Source: Marsupella aquatica (lineage: Eukaryota; Plantae; Marchantiophyta). From it: a DNA stretch of 64,000 nt. The translations under genes and the position numbers were made by a program. Location of the stretch: positions 8,497,241 to 8,561,240 of the forward strand of contig OZ316899.1 in assembly GCA_973895155.1 (NCBI GenBank). Direction: 5' to 3'. This document shows, piece by piece, positions 62,257 to 64,000 of the stretch; position 1 is the first letter of the stretch; each line of letters opens with the position of its first letter. Under the pieces are notes generated by a model, which saw only the letters and a program-made list of their open reading frames with translations, made no database searches and was not told the DNA's origin.

Positions 62257-64000
62257 AAAATACAGGATGTTGTCGGTGCGCAATTCAAGCTTCCATCGTC
62301 AACATTGCTACATATTCAACAACACTCATGCCTATTTCTTTCACAGAAATGCAAGTTCGGTTATTCTTGTACAGTCAATGGTTAAATGTTTAAAACACAA
62401 CATTTGGAGCCACTTCCCTTCATAGAACATGTGCGAGTTGGTGCTCCTAGCTCGCAGCAAACAACCGCAATGCAATTTTGCAACTTCTGAGTCAAGTTAC
62501 TTCCAAGACAACCAGACAACAAATCGCAAGCGCATGACAATTTCTTCACGGACAACAGACGATGACCAAATCAGCCTTTGCGGAATGATTACAGGTTTGC
62601 TGGTCTTTCCAAAAAACGCAATAAATCCATCAACCATCAAACCAATATCCTCACGAAATAGTACTCCTGATCAGCCCAATGATGCTTCACAACGCTTCAC
62701 ATTGATCGGACAGCAACTCAGATCTGAGCAACTTAGATTGGGAAAACTTCAAGCTCTAGATCCAATTGCACTTTCTCAACACCAACTGTAGCAAATCGCA
62801 ATACCAACAATCTGAGCTACCACAAACCATCGCCAAACACAATCAAACTAAAAATTGAAGCTCTGTCTGACAGCAACAGAGTTTGGCCTCACTTCTTTTA
62901 TGTAATCTTAACACAATCAAACCACAATCAATGCCAAACACACCTCATGCTATGAGGAATCCACGTTATGTATACATGAAACTGGCCAGCCACACCACAG
63001 CCGCCAAAGCTCATGCGCAAAGGCTCAACATTGAAAGATAACCTTTCAATGCCTCACAAGGGAGAACTACTCTCCCACACAAACCTAACATAATCTTACC
63101 GGCTTATATAGCACACATACTAAACATTTAGACCAAACCTTATAGGACTGAGGCCACTAAGTCCTTTTTTCATACTTAAAATGATTCGGAACCATTGCAC
63201 CGGTTCACATGAACACTAGAAAAGACTATGAGTGCTTTCTAGTTTATGATAAGACTGGGAAAAGTCAACTTTCTACTTTGTGAAGGGTGAAACTCTTAAT
63301 GTTGGCTTTTGATAATGGTTGTGCATTGGGGGGGGGGGGGGTGCACAACAAAAATGGGAAATTGCCCCAATGTGTCATATATACCCAACAAGGCCATGCT
63401 TTAATCACTAAGCAACTTGTCATCCCCCAAGAACATGTCGTGTTTAGGGTCAATTTGGTCAAGATTGAAGTTATTTTTACAACAACAGGGCAAGCAACCA
63501 AATTAGGATAACTTGTGCTTTGGTACATACCCCAAATTCATTTGTATCATATATGTTGGGAAACATAAGTATAAGGGATTCAAGAGGACAATGTTCACTT
63601 ATATTCAGGAGGGGCATATCTCATTAAATGGCCTCATTTGTGACCAAAACATGTTTGGGTTACATGAAGTTAAGTTTGCTCTTAATTCATCCCACATATA
63701 ACGCTTACTGCCAACGTATTGCTTTAGGGTTTAAACCGTTTAACTACCCTAATATGTCACAGTTCAGAATACTTGAGTTCACGAGGGAGTGAGGTGCGAG
63801 ATTTTATTCATGCACCATTACCACATTGGCAAACTTTGGTAAGGGAATCCCAAGGGGGCTTCAGATACTTGCACGATTGTTGGAGGGGAACAAGTCGGAG
63901 CAACCGTTGGAGGGTCAACTTTGCATACACTTTGCACCTCCATACTTTGTTGCACCCTAATCCCGCCACATTTCTAACTTTTTGCATATCCAGCCAGTGG

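Noticed and set aside
63213-63223. CACTAGAAAAG as the start of another CACTA element
   Set aside because: No partner TIR or subterminal repeats visible in the window.
62262-64000. Short ORFs at the right end
   Set aside because: No recognisable domains, splice pattern or TE termini.

Overview
Eukaryotic, plant-type DNA (GT-AG introns, tRNA-Met and tRNA-Asn primer sites, plant TE lineages; a non-seed land plant is my guess and cannot be proven here). The window is a nest of mostly decayed transposable elements, and I see no clearly intact host gene. From left to right: (1) the 3' part of a CACTA element with a SET-domain ORF just upstream of its transposase; (2) a decayed minus-strand ORF interrupted by that CACTA, a MITE, a LINE and a chromovirus with AGT...ACT LTR ends; (3) a Gypsy element with a C5-cytosine methyltransferase between protease and RT and a PHD finger after integrase; (4) a Copia remnant split by a Tat-like Gypsy whose 4-kb LTRs each hold an ~880-codon gene, with a related solo LTR at 58.3-62.3 kb; (5) a 22.8-kb TIR-bounded Sola-like DNA transposon (about 14 kb without a nested Copia and a nested CACTA) carrying a ParB-like + N4/N6-methyltransferase-like gene, an FCP1/NIF phosphatase-like gene and arrays of a 25-bp palindrome. 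The recurring theme is TE-borne chromatin and DNA-modification domains. All domain calls are by-eye motif recognition, not database searches.
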